IMG/VR virus record: IMGVR_UViG_3300046001_003584
Strand: one strand, 5' to 3'
Length of the DNA stretch: 64,000 nt
DNA from: an uncultured virus (IMG/VR IMGVR_UViG_3300046001_003584)
Taxonomy: Duplodnaviria > Heunggongvirae > Uroviricota > Caudoviricetes
Under the pieces are notes generated by a model. The model was not told the origin of the DNA. It saw nothing but the letters and a program-made list of their open reading frames with translations, and did not search any database. The position numbers were made by a program, and so were the translations under genes. Below, one piece after another: positions 9,921 to 19,590 of the stretch (positions are counted from its first letter, which is position 1; each line of letters opens with the position of its first letter).

Positions 9921-10420
9921 TCAAACAAATCCTCATTCCATTCACGATGCCCCTCTCTAAAAGCCATATTTGCCTGTGTTTCACGTACTTCAACCCGATA
10001 GCACCACAAACGCTTTGCTTCACTTTCACCCCACATATCAGGAATGTAAACCCCGTTAACATACTTGTATAGCATATCTGCAAGACTTTCACATCCTAAG
10101 TTGGGGAGAATAGTTAATTTCATAATGCCACGATGTTCCGCCTGCACATACCAGTCTAGATGTGGATCTGATTCAGCCACTAATGTTGTATGGTCAAATT
10201 GACTCTCTAATGTTTGCTTTAGTTCTTTCAAGCCGCCATAATCCGCAGCCCATCGGCGCGCATCTAAGTCGTTTGTTCCAAAATAGAACTTCATTGAGAA
10301 GCTATAACCATGTAAAAACTGGCAATGGCTGTCGGCTTTGTACTGTCTATAAGCACAGGGGAACGCATCGTGATACTCTTTTGTGGAAGTCCACTTATAT
10401 GTTACTGGTAGTTGTGTCAT
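9917..10420 (-). CDS. queD: 6-carboxy-5,6,7,8-tetrahydropterin synthase
   Basis: HCQFLHGYS (CxxxHG), DYGGLK, FDHTTL, CESLA, VEVRET; start MTQLPV at 10420. Confidence 0.88.
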   Translation of the reverse strand: MTQLPVTYKWTSTKEYHDAFPCAYRQYKADSHCQFLHGYSFSMKFYFGTNDLDARRWAADYGGLKELKQTLESQFDHTTLVAESDPHLDWYVQAEHRGIMKLTILPNLGCESLADMLYKYVNGVYIPDMWGESEAKRLWCYRVEVRETQANMAFREGHREWNEDLFE

Positions 10421-10421
10421 T

Positions 10422-10883
10422 TTACTTATCTTTTTGATGTGCGTCCGCAACTCGTTTACGTAGACTTGAACTACTGAAACTGTGATCACGCTCATTAAAT
10501 ACTATTTCAATTCTGCGAGTTTGACAAATATCGCTACCCGTAAAATCCTTATCTTTGTATTCTACACCCAAGATACGAACATCAATAGGTAGTATGAGTA
10601 GAATATCTTCCAAGTCCTTCTCAGTATTGTAAACAACAATTTCATCTACAAAACGGACAGCACTTAAACTAATCTGCCTCTCAACAATACTTTGAATAGG
10701 AGCATTCTTCTCCGCTCTATCCCATTGTGCGTTATTCTGCAAACCAGCAATAAGATAGTCGCAATGATTTTTAGCTTCACTAAGCATTGCAATATGCCCG
10801 GCATGTAGAATATCAAATTGGGAGAATACGATACCTATCTTAAGCCCTTGTTGTTTTAGTTCTTTGATTCTGTTGAATATCAT
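10422..10883 (-). CDS. HIGH-family cytidylyltransferase (TagD / glycerol-3-phosphate cytidylyltransferase-like)
   Basis: FDILHAGHIAML, LIAGLQ, ERQISLSAVRFVDEI, RDHSFSSSSLR. Confidence 0.85.
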   Translation of the reverse strand: MIFNRIKELKQQGLKIGIVFSQFDILHAGHIAMLSEAKNHCDYLIAGLQNNAQWDRAEKNAPIQSIVERQISLSAVRFVDEIVVYNTEKDLEDILLILPIDVRILGVEYKDKDFTGSDICQTRRIEIVFNERDHSFSSSSLRKRVADAHQKDK

Positions 10884-11116
10884 TTTTTTAATGTTCTCCA
10901 CATCTTTATTTTAGAATGTTCATCAAGAAATTCTTCTTCGCCGGCGAATGTAGGTGAATCAGCCATAATCTCATCAAGCAACCACTTGATACGATGTAAG
11001 TCTTTTTTGATTTCAAACTGATTGAAACCATCGTTGTAGTTGCTATGCAATTCTATTCCAGCTGTGTAAATTTGATGATGAACACCGGTATAGTCCATTG
11101 GTTTACGAAATCCCAT
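10880..11116 (-). CDS. Hypothetical protein
   Basis: Likely start MGFRKPMDY; operon packing. Confidence 0.6.
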   Translation of the reverse strand: MGFRKPMDYTGVHHQIYTAGIELHSNYNDGFNQFEIKKDLHRIKWLLDEIMADSPTFAGEEEFLDEHSKIKMWRTLKK

Positions 11117-11285
11117 TTTTTCCTCTGCATGTACAGTTACGACCTTGATTACAATTTCCGGTACATACCGAGTTTGTACTTTTCCAAGCATTAGTAAATA
11201 TTGATATAAATGCTGCTAGCAGTGGATTTAGTATATATCCAATTATAATTCCCATCATCAAATTGTCTATATTGATCCAGTTCAT
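11103..11285 (-). CDS. Small membrane protein with Cys-rich tail
   Basis: Hydrophobic N-terminal helix, then CTGNCNQGRNCTC. Confidence 0.6.
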   Translation of the reverse strand: MNWINIDNLMMGIIIGYILNPLLAAFISIFTNAWKSTNSVCTGNCNQGRNCTCRGKNGIS

Positions 11286-11959
11286 TATCGTCCCCTTGCT
11301 AATTGATAGAATTCTGCTCTAGCTGCTGGATCAGTTTTAAACCCACCACCTAATCTACTTGTTACAGTACTACTACCCGTATCCTCAACTCCCCTGCTTT
11401 TCACACAGTAATGTTGTGCGTCAACCATAACCGCAACATCTTCTGTTTCAAGTATGTATTGTAATGCGTGAAAGACTTGTTCTGTTAATCGTTCTTGGAT
11501 TTGTGGTCGCTTGCTAAAGTATTCTACGATACGATTGATTTTACTCAATCCAAGTACCTTTTGTTTAGGCACATATGCGACAGTTGCTAGACCGGAGATA
11601 ATCACTAAATGATGTTCACAATTACTTTGTACATTAATATTGCGTTCACATACCATTTCATTGTACTTCATTTTGTTATCAACTGCGGTACATTTAGGGA
11701 ATGCTTCGTAATCAAGACCCCAAAAGATTTCGTTGACATACATTTTTGCTACACGCTTTGGGGTATCCATTAAACTATCGTCTGATAAGTCAAGACCTAA
11801 GATACGCATAATATGTGCAAAGTGCGCTTCAATATGGTCTATCTTTTCTTTACGGTCGTAGTTGTTTGGGATAGTAGGAGTTTCAACTCCCATCTTAACT
11901 AAATGTTCGTGTACTCGTTGACCCAACTCTGGGTCTGTTTTTTGCTTATTATACGCCAT
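11285..11959 (-). CDS. folE: GTP cyclohydrolase I
   Basis: DTPKRVAKMY, SNCEHHL, GLSKINRIV, RPQIQERLT, HYCVKSRGV. Confidence 0.96.
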   Translation of the reverse strand: MAYNKQKTDPELGQRVHEHLVKMGVETPTIPNNYDRKEKIDHIEAHFAHIMRILGLDLSDDSLMDTPKRVAKMYVNEIFWGLDYEAFPKCTAVDNKMKYNEMVCERNINVQSNCEHHLVIISGLATVAYVPKQKVLGLSKINRIVEYFSKRPQIQERLTEQVFHALQYILETEDVAVMVDAQHYCVKSRGVEDTGSSTVTSRLGGGFKTDPAARAEFYQLARGR

Positions 11960-12024
11960 AGATAACCTTCCTTTGTGATGGTTTTTGTTTTGAAATGTAA
12001 ACTACCGTTGTGTATCTTACATTT

Positions 12025-12032
12025 TATTTATC
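12025..12032 (-). promoter_or_regulatory. Late-type promoter (GATAAATA) upstream of folE
   Basis: Octamer match in the intergenic region. Confidence 0.5.
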
Positions 12033-12037
12033 ACAGA

Positions 12038-12125
12038 TTAAGCCTTAGCTTCTTTTCTTGCTGCTTTTTCAGCGGTAATTTCGTTACGGCGATCCTTAAC
12101 CGCTTTAGCTAGTTCACCCAATACC
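12038..12125 (-). pseudogene. Orphan C-terminal remnant resembling small basic histone-H1/Hc1-like phage proteins
   Basis: LGELAKAVKDRRNEITAEKAARKEAKA* with no plausible start after the stop of the upstream gene. Confidence 0.4.
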
Positions 12126-12332
12126 TCATGGACGAACCGTTTCCTGCCACTGATCTCTTGCAACTTTACCAGATGCAAGTTTTGTATACTGACGATACAC
12201 ATAACTACGTTGGTCGTAGAGTTCTGCTTCGTTGTACTTATAACCAAAATCCACACAGAATGTTAGATATTTCTCTAGGTCCTCAAAGATTTGAGTAACA
12301 CGTGGGTTTGATTGAAAAGTTTGTTTTGCCAT
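12126..12332 (-). CDS. Hypothetical protein
   Basis: AAGGAA Shine-Dalgarno, then MAKQTFQSNPRV. Confidence 0.7.
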   Translation of the reverse strand: MAKQTFQSNPRVTQIFEDLEKYLTFCVDFGYKYNEAELYDQRSYVYRQYTKLASGKVARDQWQETVRP

Positions 12333-12344
12333 GTTATATTCCTT

Positions 12345-12797
12345 TTAAATAGCGAGTGATTGATACGGGTGAGTTTTACTATAAAAAATCGTAGCACCAT
12401 TCTCATTGTCCTCTGAGACTGTGATAGTGATATTACGATTTGGATACCGAGTTGCAATAACCTCATAAAGATCATCACTAATCATTTCACAACTTTTATG
12501 GTTCAATTCAAGAATATTACCGGCATAGAGATTTTCTAACCAGCGTTTTACTTGAATAAATTCCAAATCACGGTCGTTGTGAAATACTTCCATAGTCACT
12601 TCAAAATGAAAGATGTGACGATGCAAAGTTCCTAAAAAGCTAACATCATACTCATCACCTGTAGCAAGTGCTGGGTCTGTTGCTGCTGCCGGGTAACAAT
12701 GAATACCCTCTTTCTGAAAACGTACAAAAATTGTACGAATTGCTTTTTCTTTAATGCGCTGCCGCTTTTCTGCTTGTGCTTGTATCATCTGTTCCAT
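12345..12797 (-). CDS. dpdL: QueD-paralogous T-fold protein, DpdL-like (putative CDG decarboxylase)
   Basis: LGTLHRHIF matches the LxxxHRHxF signature; SCEMISDDL and VSEDNENG T-fold motifs; sits between dpdA and folE. Confidence 0.75.
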   Translation of the reverse strand: MEQMIQAQAEKRQRIKEKAIRTIFVRFQKEGIHCYPAAATDPALATGDEYDVSFLGTLHRHIFHFEVTMEVFHNDRDLEFIQVKRWLENLYAGNILELNHKSCEMISDDLYEVIATRYPNRNITITVSEDNENGATIFYSKTHPYQSLAI

Positions 12798-12964
12798 TAT
12801 CTATCCCTTTTGTAATCATATGTATCACGTATACTTGCCCACTGCAACTTATTAAGTCGCTGTATGTTATAGTATATCATACTATGTTGTGATTGCATAG
12901 CTTTACGGGAATCTTTGTCAAAGTTATCAACCTTTTTTTCTATTGCAATTTGTTGGCTATACAT
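12797..12964 (-). CDS. 55-aa hypothetical protein (not in ORF track)
   Basis: MYSQQIAIEKK...DYKRDR*; fills the gap exactly, with TAATG coupling to the dpdL-like gene. Confidence 0.5.
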   Translation of the reverse strand: MYSQQIAIEKKVDNFDKDSRKAMQSQHSMIYYNIQRLNKLQWASIRDTYDYKRDR

Positions 12965-12965
12965 A

Positions 12966-14552
12966 TTACTCCAAAACTAATGCGATAGCATCATCACTAT
13001 CTTCTAGTTCTTCTAACGGTTCTTCATCTACTGAAAACAATTCATCAAACATACTCATAGCATTAACAGTTTTCTTACCACTAATACCCTGACTACCTGA
13101 TTGGAATTGTTTCCAATAACTATTATGAAAATCAATCAAATCTAGTGATTCTTGTTTAGTTTTCTTTGCAAAGATTTCATCAACTAATTGAGTAAAGAAC
13201 CTATCACCTTCAAACTTATGTACTAACATCTTTGGAACTACACCTTGTTCATACTGACGATTAGCCTCTTGAACTGCATTCATATGCATCCAAACATTGT
13301 GACTTTGTAACAGTGTATAACTTAATGTATCCCAACTTGTTTTAGTTTCTTTACCGTGCTGTCCCAAGAAACCTACACCACGATAACATAAATCTTTCAT
13401 AACTAATGCATCAGTTACTGGACTATCTGTAAATAATTTATGTATACCATCAGCTAATACAGCATCACGATACTTGCGATTATCATTGGCATAACTTTTC
13501 TTTTCAGCAGTCTTTTCCATGCTGTAAGACCATTTTTTATTATGCTGGATATTAGTATTGAAATATGCCAATCCTTTAGCAGCACTAAAGAATGGGCTGG
13601 CACAGTCAAATGTAATTTGTAGTTTTGGATTATGATACTTTCGTATTGCCTTCTGTATATCAGTAAACAACACAGCATATTCCAAGATACTTGTTCCCAA
13701 GCAATGAATCAAATCATGCTTACCTTCAACTAACAATCCATCATGGATAATACCAACTAATCTACGTAGCATTAAATGTATATCAATCTTGTTCTGTCCA
13801 CCGAATGCCCAGCCATTGAAATGATTATCTGGAAAGATGTTAGTATCGCAATACTTTTTCATTTCTTCATACCAATCATCTGATTGAGTATGATTGCGAC
13901 CCTGTAATACATTTAATAACTTGCATTTCCCTGAGCGATTATTTATAAAGTATTCGTTATTAATATGTGTAGCTGCAATGGCTTCTTCAATAGTACTGAT
14001 ACCGTGTAAACTGTTGCCGTTCTTATCTTTCATTCCAAATGTAGTCAATGATTGACTTGGAATATCTAAACACATACCATAATCCATGTATGTGTCCATC
14101 CAATTCAATACTGCTTTACGCTTTACCATAGCCCGTGGACAGTTGGGATCCTTCCAATCAGCTGGCCATTGACCTTTTAAAATCTGAAAGCCACCACTAT
14201 CGCCCAATATGAATGTACCTTCTTCACGTTCACGGATGATTGATTCACTTGAATCATCTTTGGTAGTATCCAAATTAGCGTGACCAGCACTGTATAGTCC
14301 CCACTTGTAGTAGTAAAGACCTTCTTTGCTGTTAAGAAAGTTTAGTTTCTCTACATCACCTTTGAAACTGGCAGGGATACGTGCTTGGTCAAAATAGTTT
14401 TCACCCTTACGTTGCTTACCCAAGCCAGCAATATAAAAACTACTGACTGCGGGTAAGAACAATGCCCAATCTGGGTTATGCTTCGCTGATAGATTATCTT
14501 GTTTCAATTGATACTCTTGATCATTTCTTATTAGCTGGCAACAAGTAAACAT
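12966..14552 (-). CDS. dpdA: DpdA / tRNA-guanine transglycosylase-like DNA base-exchange enzyme; true start probably TTG near 14507
   Basis: ILGDSGGFQ, CLDIP, LNVLQG, GWAFGG, IHCLG, TFDCASP motifs of the TGT barrel; adjacent to the folE/queD/queE genes. Confidence 0.82.
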   Translation of the reverse strand: MFTCCQLIRNDQEYQLKQDNLSAKHNPDWALFLPAVSSFYIAGLGKQRKGENYFDQARIPASFKGDVEKLNFLNSKEGLYYYKWGLYSAGHANLDTTKDDSSESIIREREEGTFILGDSGGFQILKGQWPADWKDPNCPRAMVKRKAVLNWMDTYMDYGMCLDIPSQSLTTFGMKDKNGNSLHGISTIEEAIAATHINNEYFINNRSGKCKLLNVLQGRNHTQSDDWYEEMKKYCDTNIFPDNHFNGWAFGGQNKIDIHLMLRRLVGIIHDGLLVEGKHDLIHCLGTSILEYAVLFTDIQKAIRKYHNPKLQITFDCASPFFSAAKGLAYFNTNIQHNKKWSYSMEKTAEKKSYANDNRKYRDAVLADGIHKLFTDSPVTDALVMKDLCYRGVGFLGQHGKETKTSWDTLSYTLLQSHNVWMHMNAVQEANRQYEQGVVPKMLVHKFEGDRFFTQLVDEIFAKKTKQESLDLIDFHNSYWKQFQSGSQGISGKKTVNAMSMFDELFSVDEEPLEELEDSDDAIALVLE

Positions 14553-15252
14553 AAATTGCTATACCACTATCAACTGTGATTTCCGTTGCACCTTGTTCAC
14601 TAATCTTAACTGTCTTGTCCCCGACTAAATCCATGATACTCAAGAATTCTTTAACGGGCCACTTATGTGTACCAGCTAGTGTTCCGGTAACTGGAGTATT
14701 GAATACAAAGTTACCGCTATGTGTTGATGCGTCACCAAAGTATACTTTCAAATCACTTCCATCAGTTTTGAATACAAAATGATCTTCTTCGCTATTTGCT
14801 TGTGATTGCTTCTTAAGTCGTTGAATACCAGCAATTGTAGGTTCAAATTCAACATTCCACTTAGCACCCTTAAAGGATACACTTTTAACTTTCTCGTCAA
14901 CTACACTTTTAAGCATAAGACGATAATCATTAACAAAGTCACCACTCTTTGTTTCAAAGTGAATAGTAGAAGGTACATCTACCCCGTCACGTTGAGTACG
15001 AACAACATTAATTTTAGATGTTCCGTCATATTCATCAAACCCAATAATTGTCTTGAGTTTATTCAAGTTGGGCATTCCGAATACACCAATAAAGTCGGCA
15101 ATCGGATCTTTGAATGTACCACTAATAATTACGCTTTTGTTTTCTGCTACCGCATTGATTACTGTTTCAGTATCAGTACCTGTAACTTTAATCAGTTCAA
15201 TTGTACCAAGACCAAGAGTATGATCAATTAAGTCTTTTAAAAAATCTTTCAT
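14521..15252 (-). CDS. DNA polymerase sliding clamp (gp45-like)
   Basis: About 243 aa from MKDFLKDL; alpha/beta repeat pattern ending YVYLLPA; next to the PolB gene. Confidence 0.6.
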   Translation of the reverse strand: MKDFLKDLIDHTLGLGTIELIKVTGTDTETVINAVAENKSVIISGTFKDPIADFIGVFGMPNLNKLKTIIGFDEYDGTSKINVVRTQRDGVDVPSTIHFETKSGDFVNDYRLMLKSVVDEKVKSVSFKGAKWNVEFEPTIAGIQRLKKQSQANSEEDHFVFKTDGSDLKVYFGDASTHSGNFVFNTPVTGTLAGTHKWPVKEFLSIMDLVGDKTVKISEQGATEITVDSGIAIYVYLLPANKK

Positions 15253-15311
15253 TTTGTTTCCTTTGTATGTTAAATTGTACACGTTTTTAATAAAATATGC
15301 ATTTAATATGT

Positions 15312-15878
15312 TCACTTCCAATATGGGCCCCATGCCCAACAATTCAGTGACCATCGTTCACCTGCTGTTATTGGTTTTACTTCATGTAAATAGAATGCAG
15401 GTAAAATGGTCAATGATCCTATTGTTTTACTTACCGCATTCCTAATTACATGAAGATTGCCTCCCTGATATTCTGATCCATCAGTTAATTGCAATAGCAT
15501 TGTTAATTTTCGTTCAGTACCTGCTGTGCCATAATATTGGTCAACATGTTCTGTGACGTAATCTCCTTCGCTATATCTTTTTATCTCATATTGTTCTACA
15601 TGAGTTACATGAAAACCATAATAGTTAAACGCTTCTTCCCAAATAGGAGACAATATTTCGTGTAATTTATTGTCATTCCAATTTAAAGGTACTCTACAAG
15701 TATGGCATTCAATGTCCCAATGTTTGGGAGTACGATTAACAGAACGATGCCAGCCTGATTCACTGCTTAATGCAAACTCTCGTAGTGAATGGCAAATATC
15801 AAAACTTAATGCTTTTTCTTTTTTAAATAATTTTATTGGGAAACTATTATTTCTAGTAAATTCAATTTGTTGTATCAT
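15312..15878 (-). CDS. 2OG-Fe(II) oxygenase (prolyl-hydroxylase-like)
   Basis: HVD, RKLTMLLQL, YQGGNL, HEVKPITAGERWSL. Confidence 0.9.
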   Translation of the reverse strand: MIQQIEFTRNNSFPIKLFKKEKALSFDICHSLREFALSSESGWHRSVNRTPKHWDIECHTCRVPLNWNDNKLHEILSPIWEEAFNYYGFHVTHVEQYEIKRYSEGDYVTEHVDQYYGTAGTERKLTMLLQLTDGSEYQGGNLHVIRNAVSKTIGSLTILPAFYLHEVKPITAGERWSLNCWAWGPYWK

Positions 15879-15907
15879 AATAATATATTTAAATGTCCCT
15901 GTTGCGT

Positions 15908-15936
15908 ATTATAACGGAATATTTTACTAAAAGCAA
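15908..15936 (-). promoter_or_regulatory. Sigma70-type promoter
   Basis: TTGCTT-17 bp-TATAAT. Confidence 0.65.
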
Positions 15937-15943
15937 TAGCAGT

Positions 15944-18649
15944 TTACCCGAAGCTGAACAAATCATCAAATGTTGAGTTAACATCAGTATTACTTCTGAT
16001 ATCCCAATCCAATACACCAAGTAAGTTGTCTATCTTCTCATCTACTAGTGTTGATTCCATTAGTAAATCATCAAATGGCAAGTCTTTGAACCATTGTGGT
16101 AATCTTAATTCATCAACCGGATATGCAATACTAGTGAATCCCAATGCATTATCTTTGAGTTTACATACAACAATCTTCATACCATCTATAATCTTTTGAC
16201 TGTAATTATCCCCGTATACTCTGCGTAGATAGTTCCAGTTAATTGCTGCTCGGGCATGACCAACACCACACTTGCCCGACTTTTCAAACTCAATAGTATG
16301 TTTAGTTAGATTGTTAACACTCTTTGGTGATCCCTTTGTCCAGCTATCTTGTTCAGACAACTTGTTTTTGAATTCTTTAACCATTTCAATAACTTTGTCC
16401 CGCTGCTCACCAGCAAGGACCTTTGTAAGCACCGTCATTAAGAATTCTTGTATATACTTTGGGGTATCGGCACGCTTTAAGTCAAGGCCCGTCGCTTTGA
16501 TATCACCATTCTTACCATTGATATCTTTACGCTTGCCTTCTTTATCAAAGATATTGATGGCATAGCGTTTCTTTGTGATGAAGATAGCACGATCACCAAT
16601 CAATTCACGACCAGCTTTGATGATTTCACCGTTCTTTCTTGGGGCATGAAATGCCTTTTCCATGAATGCAGGGAATGATTCATTTGCTTGATCAGCTATA
16701 CTATCATACAAGCCGATACAAGTTTCTTTGTTCCACTCTAGTTCACCACTTGCTATTTGTGTTTTGAGAATAGGATATGCAGTAAAATAACATGAGTCAG
16801 TATCTCCATACACAATAGCTTGACCATCATGTGAATATTCACCTGCGATTGTTTCATTGATTGTACTCATCATATGCTTAACAATCTGACGACCACTCAA
16901 GGTAACACTTTGACCGATGCGCTTATCATAGAATCTGCAATGCTCATTCAACAACGCACCATATGCTGAGTTCAACAAAATTTTACGAACAAGCTGACGC
17001 TTATCAAAATATTCATATTGATCAGTGCCATAAGCTGATTTAGCTTTAGCTTGCATTTCTTTACGCTCACTATACCAGCGAGTAAGTAGTCCAGGGACTA
17101 CACCCTCTTTTTCGTAAGTAAAGATAGTAGCATTAGCTGACAACATCCATGGGCGATTGCTATCAAAAATCATCTTCCAAATCTCGGCTGCACTCATCTC
17201 TACTGACCTGCCATCTTCGTAGTCTAATGTCAGTATTGTTCCGCGTTCTTGATTCATAATAGCAGTATATTCTAATACGCTAAACAAGTTTTCCCAAAGA
17301 ATAGCACCAGTAACGTCCTCGTCACCCTCTTTGAATCGTTTCTTAACGCTAGCAAGTTGCTTGCCTTTGTCGTCCATATACTTGTCAGTTAATGTCTGTC
17401 GGACTTGACCGATGATGGTTTCTCCTGCCATGTTGAGGGCACGAATAACCGAGGGATAGAGCGAGTTGATGTCAACTGCTCCGACATATTCGTGCATGCC
17501 TCTTTTCGGCGTAGCAACGAAGGCACCTGCTGCTGTCGTTGTTTCTTCTGCATTTTCAATCTTTCGTTTTTTGTCTGGCACTACCAATCCACGTTCGTGG
17601 GCTTCATTAAAAATTGCCATCTCAACCATTGCTACTGAACCCATGACTGTTGGAAGCAGTACAGTGTTCTCGTGCGCCAATTGATTAGCAAGTTCTAAAA
17701 ACTTAAGTTTGTTGTGAATCTTCACCAACAACATAGTATCTTGTCTGTTGTATTCAATAAACTTTTTAAAGTCTTTGTTATACAATTGATCTAGCGTACC
17801 TTCGTATTGAGTTTTGTTTTCTCCTACTTCCATTTCACCAATCGCATCTAACTTGTAGCTGTGACGGGATTCATAGTTGTATTTCTTGTAGAGTTGTAAG
17901 TAGTCCAAATGAATACGACCAACTAAGTCGTATGTTTGTTCTTCTTTACCAAACCGTTCATATGTGCGTGGTTTAGGCAGTTGACCCATCAAACAAAACT
18001 TGCGTGTATCATCTTTACTCATTACTCGGGTAACCCGATTAACCATGTAAGGTATGTCATATCCTTCTGAGTTCCAACCAGTCAATACATCAGCATCTTC
18101 AATGAGTTGAAAGAAAACATCAAACATATCCTTCTCATTGGCAAAAAGTAAACAGTTTTCAAACTCATTACAAATTTCCTGTGCTGTTTCTTTACTCATA
18201 TGCTTGGGAGCAATGACCAATGTAACCAATTGATCCAGCCAATCTAGATAACAACTGATAGCGGTTACTGGATTGAACGGATCGGTTGTTGGACTAAACC
18301 CCTTAATCGGATCAAAATCAGTTTCAATGTCAAAGAAGCAAGTATGCAGATTGGGAACATCTGCCTTAAGATAGTTTTCACTAAGGCAACGAAACACCAC
18401 TGGTACATCACTTTCAAATAATTTCTTACCTGAATGGATGCGTCTTTCTTTTTCAAACTCTTGTCGTTTGCGTGTGCTGAAACGATTTACGGGGTCACCG
18501 TATATACTGCGATACTTGCCCTTACGATCAGGATAATACAGTACATAGTTTGTGGAATATTCTTTGTATTGACGCTTGCCATTCTTATCCCGTTCTACTA
18601 CAAAAATTTTATCTTCATCTCTGGAATGTATTGCATCCACATATGACAT
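15944..18649 (-). CDS. Family B DNA polymerase (T4 gp43-like)
   Basis: Exonuclease FDIET, GWNSEGYD, YNRQD; polymerase DINSLYPS, KILLNSAYG, YGDTDS, KKRY. Confidence 0.97.
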   Translation of the reverse strand: MSYVDAIHSRDEDKIFVVERDKNGKRQYKEYSTNYVLYYPDRKGKYRSIYGDPVNRFSTRKRQEFEKERRIHSGKKLFESDVPVVFRCLSENYLKADVPNLHTCFFDIETDFDPIKGFSPTTDPFNPVTAISCYLDWLDQLVTLVIAPKHMSKETAQEICNEFENCLLFANEKDMFDVFFQLIEDADVLTGWNSEGYDIPYMVNRVTRVMSKDDTRKFCLMGQLPKPRTYERFGKEEQTYDLVGRIHLDYLQLYKKYNYESRHSYKLDAIGEMEVGENKTQYEGTLDQLYNKDFKKFIEYNRQDTMLLVKIHNKLKFLELANQLAHENTVLLPTVMGSVAMVEMAIFNEAHERGLVVPDKKRKIENAEETTTAAGAFVATPKRGMHEYVGAVDINSLYPSVIRALNMAGETIIGQVRQTLTDKYMDDKGKQLASVKKRFKEGDEDVTGAILWENLFSVLEYTAIMNQERGTILTLDYEDGRSVEMSAAEIWKMIFDSNRPWMLSANATIFTYEKEGVVPGLLTRWYSERKEMQAKAKSAYGTDQYEYFDKRQLVRKILLNSAYGALLNEHCRFYDKRIGQSVTLSGRQIVKHMMSTINETIAGEYSHDGQAIVYGDTDSCYFTAYPILKTQIASGELEWNKETCIGLYDSIADQANESFPAFMEKAFHAPRKNGEIIKAGRELIGDRAIFITKKRYAINIFDKEGKRKDINGKNGDIKATGLDLKRADTPKYIQEFLMTVLTKVLAGEQRDKVIEMVKEFKNKLSEQDSWTKGSPKSVNNLTKHTIEFEKSGKCGVGHARAAINWNYLRRVYGDNYSQKIIDGMKIVVCKLKDNALGFTSIAYPVDELRLPQWFKDLPFDDLLMESTLVDEKIDNLLGVLDWDIRSNTDVNSTFDDLFSFG

Positions 18650-18909
18650 TATAAAGTTTTTCCCACAGTTTCCAAAATTGTCACAAGTTCTTCGTGGTCA
18701 GCAGTGGTTTGGCCAAGACTTGCTTTGTGTGCCACAGAGATTGCTTTCTTAAGTATACTAGGCTTAACTTCTAGTTCTTCACCAATAGCCTTAATAGTAT
18801 CGGATAGTCCCTCACGAAGGGTATCAATCTCATGTAGGACTACCATTCCTTCATTCACCAATTGGGTTAACTTAATTTTTTGCTCACCTGTAAACATTTT
18901 TGCTGACAT
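18649..18909 (-). CDS. Small helical dsDNA-binding protein (T4 DsbA / GapR-like)
   Basis: 86 aa; EIDTLREGLSDTIKAIGEELEVKPSILKKAI pattern; AGGAG Shine-Dalgarno. Confidence 0.5.
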   Translation of the reverse strand: MSAKMFTGEQKIKLTQLVNEGMVVLHEIDTLREGLSDTIKAIGEELEVKPSILKKAISVAHKASLGQTTADHEELVTILETVGKTL

Positions 18910-18930
18910 AAAAACTCCTTATAAAAATAT

Positions 18931-18959
18931 AGTATACAGGCTTTGTGTAGAAAAGTCAA
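18931..18959 (-). promoter_or_regulatory. Sigma70-type promoter for the dsbA-like/polymerase operon
   Basis: TTGACT-17 bp-TATACT. Confidence 0.7.
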
Positions 18960-19564
18960 ACATTTTGCTGATTTTCTACAATCTTTTTTACCACCGTTCT
19001 TAGCCCGGGGTTAATATGGAATGCGTGTGGTATAATATGTTGTCTGACATAGTTACGCATATATTTGGTGTCATCATTACTATTATCGTGACACCAATCA
19101 ATAGATTTCTGTTTACACCAATTTGTGAATTCGGTTTTAGTTGTTGTTAGAAATGGGCGTACTACATTGTTTCTTTTTGCTGGGATAACTTTTGCCTGGC
19201 CATGCATTGATGACCAAAGATATGTTTCTACGCAGTCATCTAAGTGATGACCGGTAATAATTGGACCCAATGAATCACCAAAGCTGTCCAAGAAGTCATA
19301 GCGTTCGTTGCGCCAGTGTTCTTCTGTACTAAGTACTTTAGGTTTATCATTCTTAATCAGGCCAACCATAAGTGGAAGATTTCGTTCAGTGCAGAATTTA
19401 GCAACAAATTCAAATGCCCGTTCACTATTCTCTGTTCCATGATGGAAGAAAGCGCAAGTTACTTTATGTTTACGGGAAAGGAAATCTGTAATAGCAACAG
19501 AGTCAACCCCGCCGCTTAGTGCGACAACAACTTCTTTTGGCAACGGAAAGAGTAGTTTAAGCAT
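18956..19564 (-). CDS. tilS: tRNA(Ile)-lysidine synthetase-like PP-loop ATPase (catalytic domain only)
   Basis: ALSGGVDS, RNERY, GHHLDDCVET, RPFL, DNSNDDTKYMRNYVR. Confidence 0.85.
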   Translation of the reverse strand: MLKLLFPLPKEVVVALSGGVDSVAITDFLSRKHKVTCAFFHHGTENSERAFEFVAKFCTERNLPLMVGLIKNDKPKVLSTEEHWRNERYDFLDSFGDSLGPIITGHHLDDCVETYLWSSMHGQAKVIPAKRNNVVRPFLTTTKTEFTNWCKQKSIDWCHDNSNDDTKYMRNYVRQHIIPHAFHINPGLRTVVKKIVENQQNV

Positions 19565-19590
19565 CTATGCATTATAGCATAGAAATGATT

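Noticed and set aside
15944..18649. Intein or intron in the DNA polymerase
   Set aside because: Length is typical of gp43-like enzymes and motifs are contiguous; no splicing motifs seen.
18956..19564. PP-loop protein as the missing QueC
   Set aside because: It has TilS motifs (HxxDDxxET, DxSN, RNxxR) and lacks the QueC C-terminal Cys cluster.
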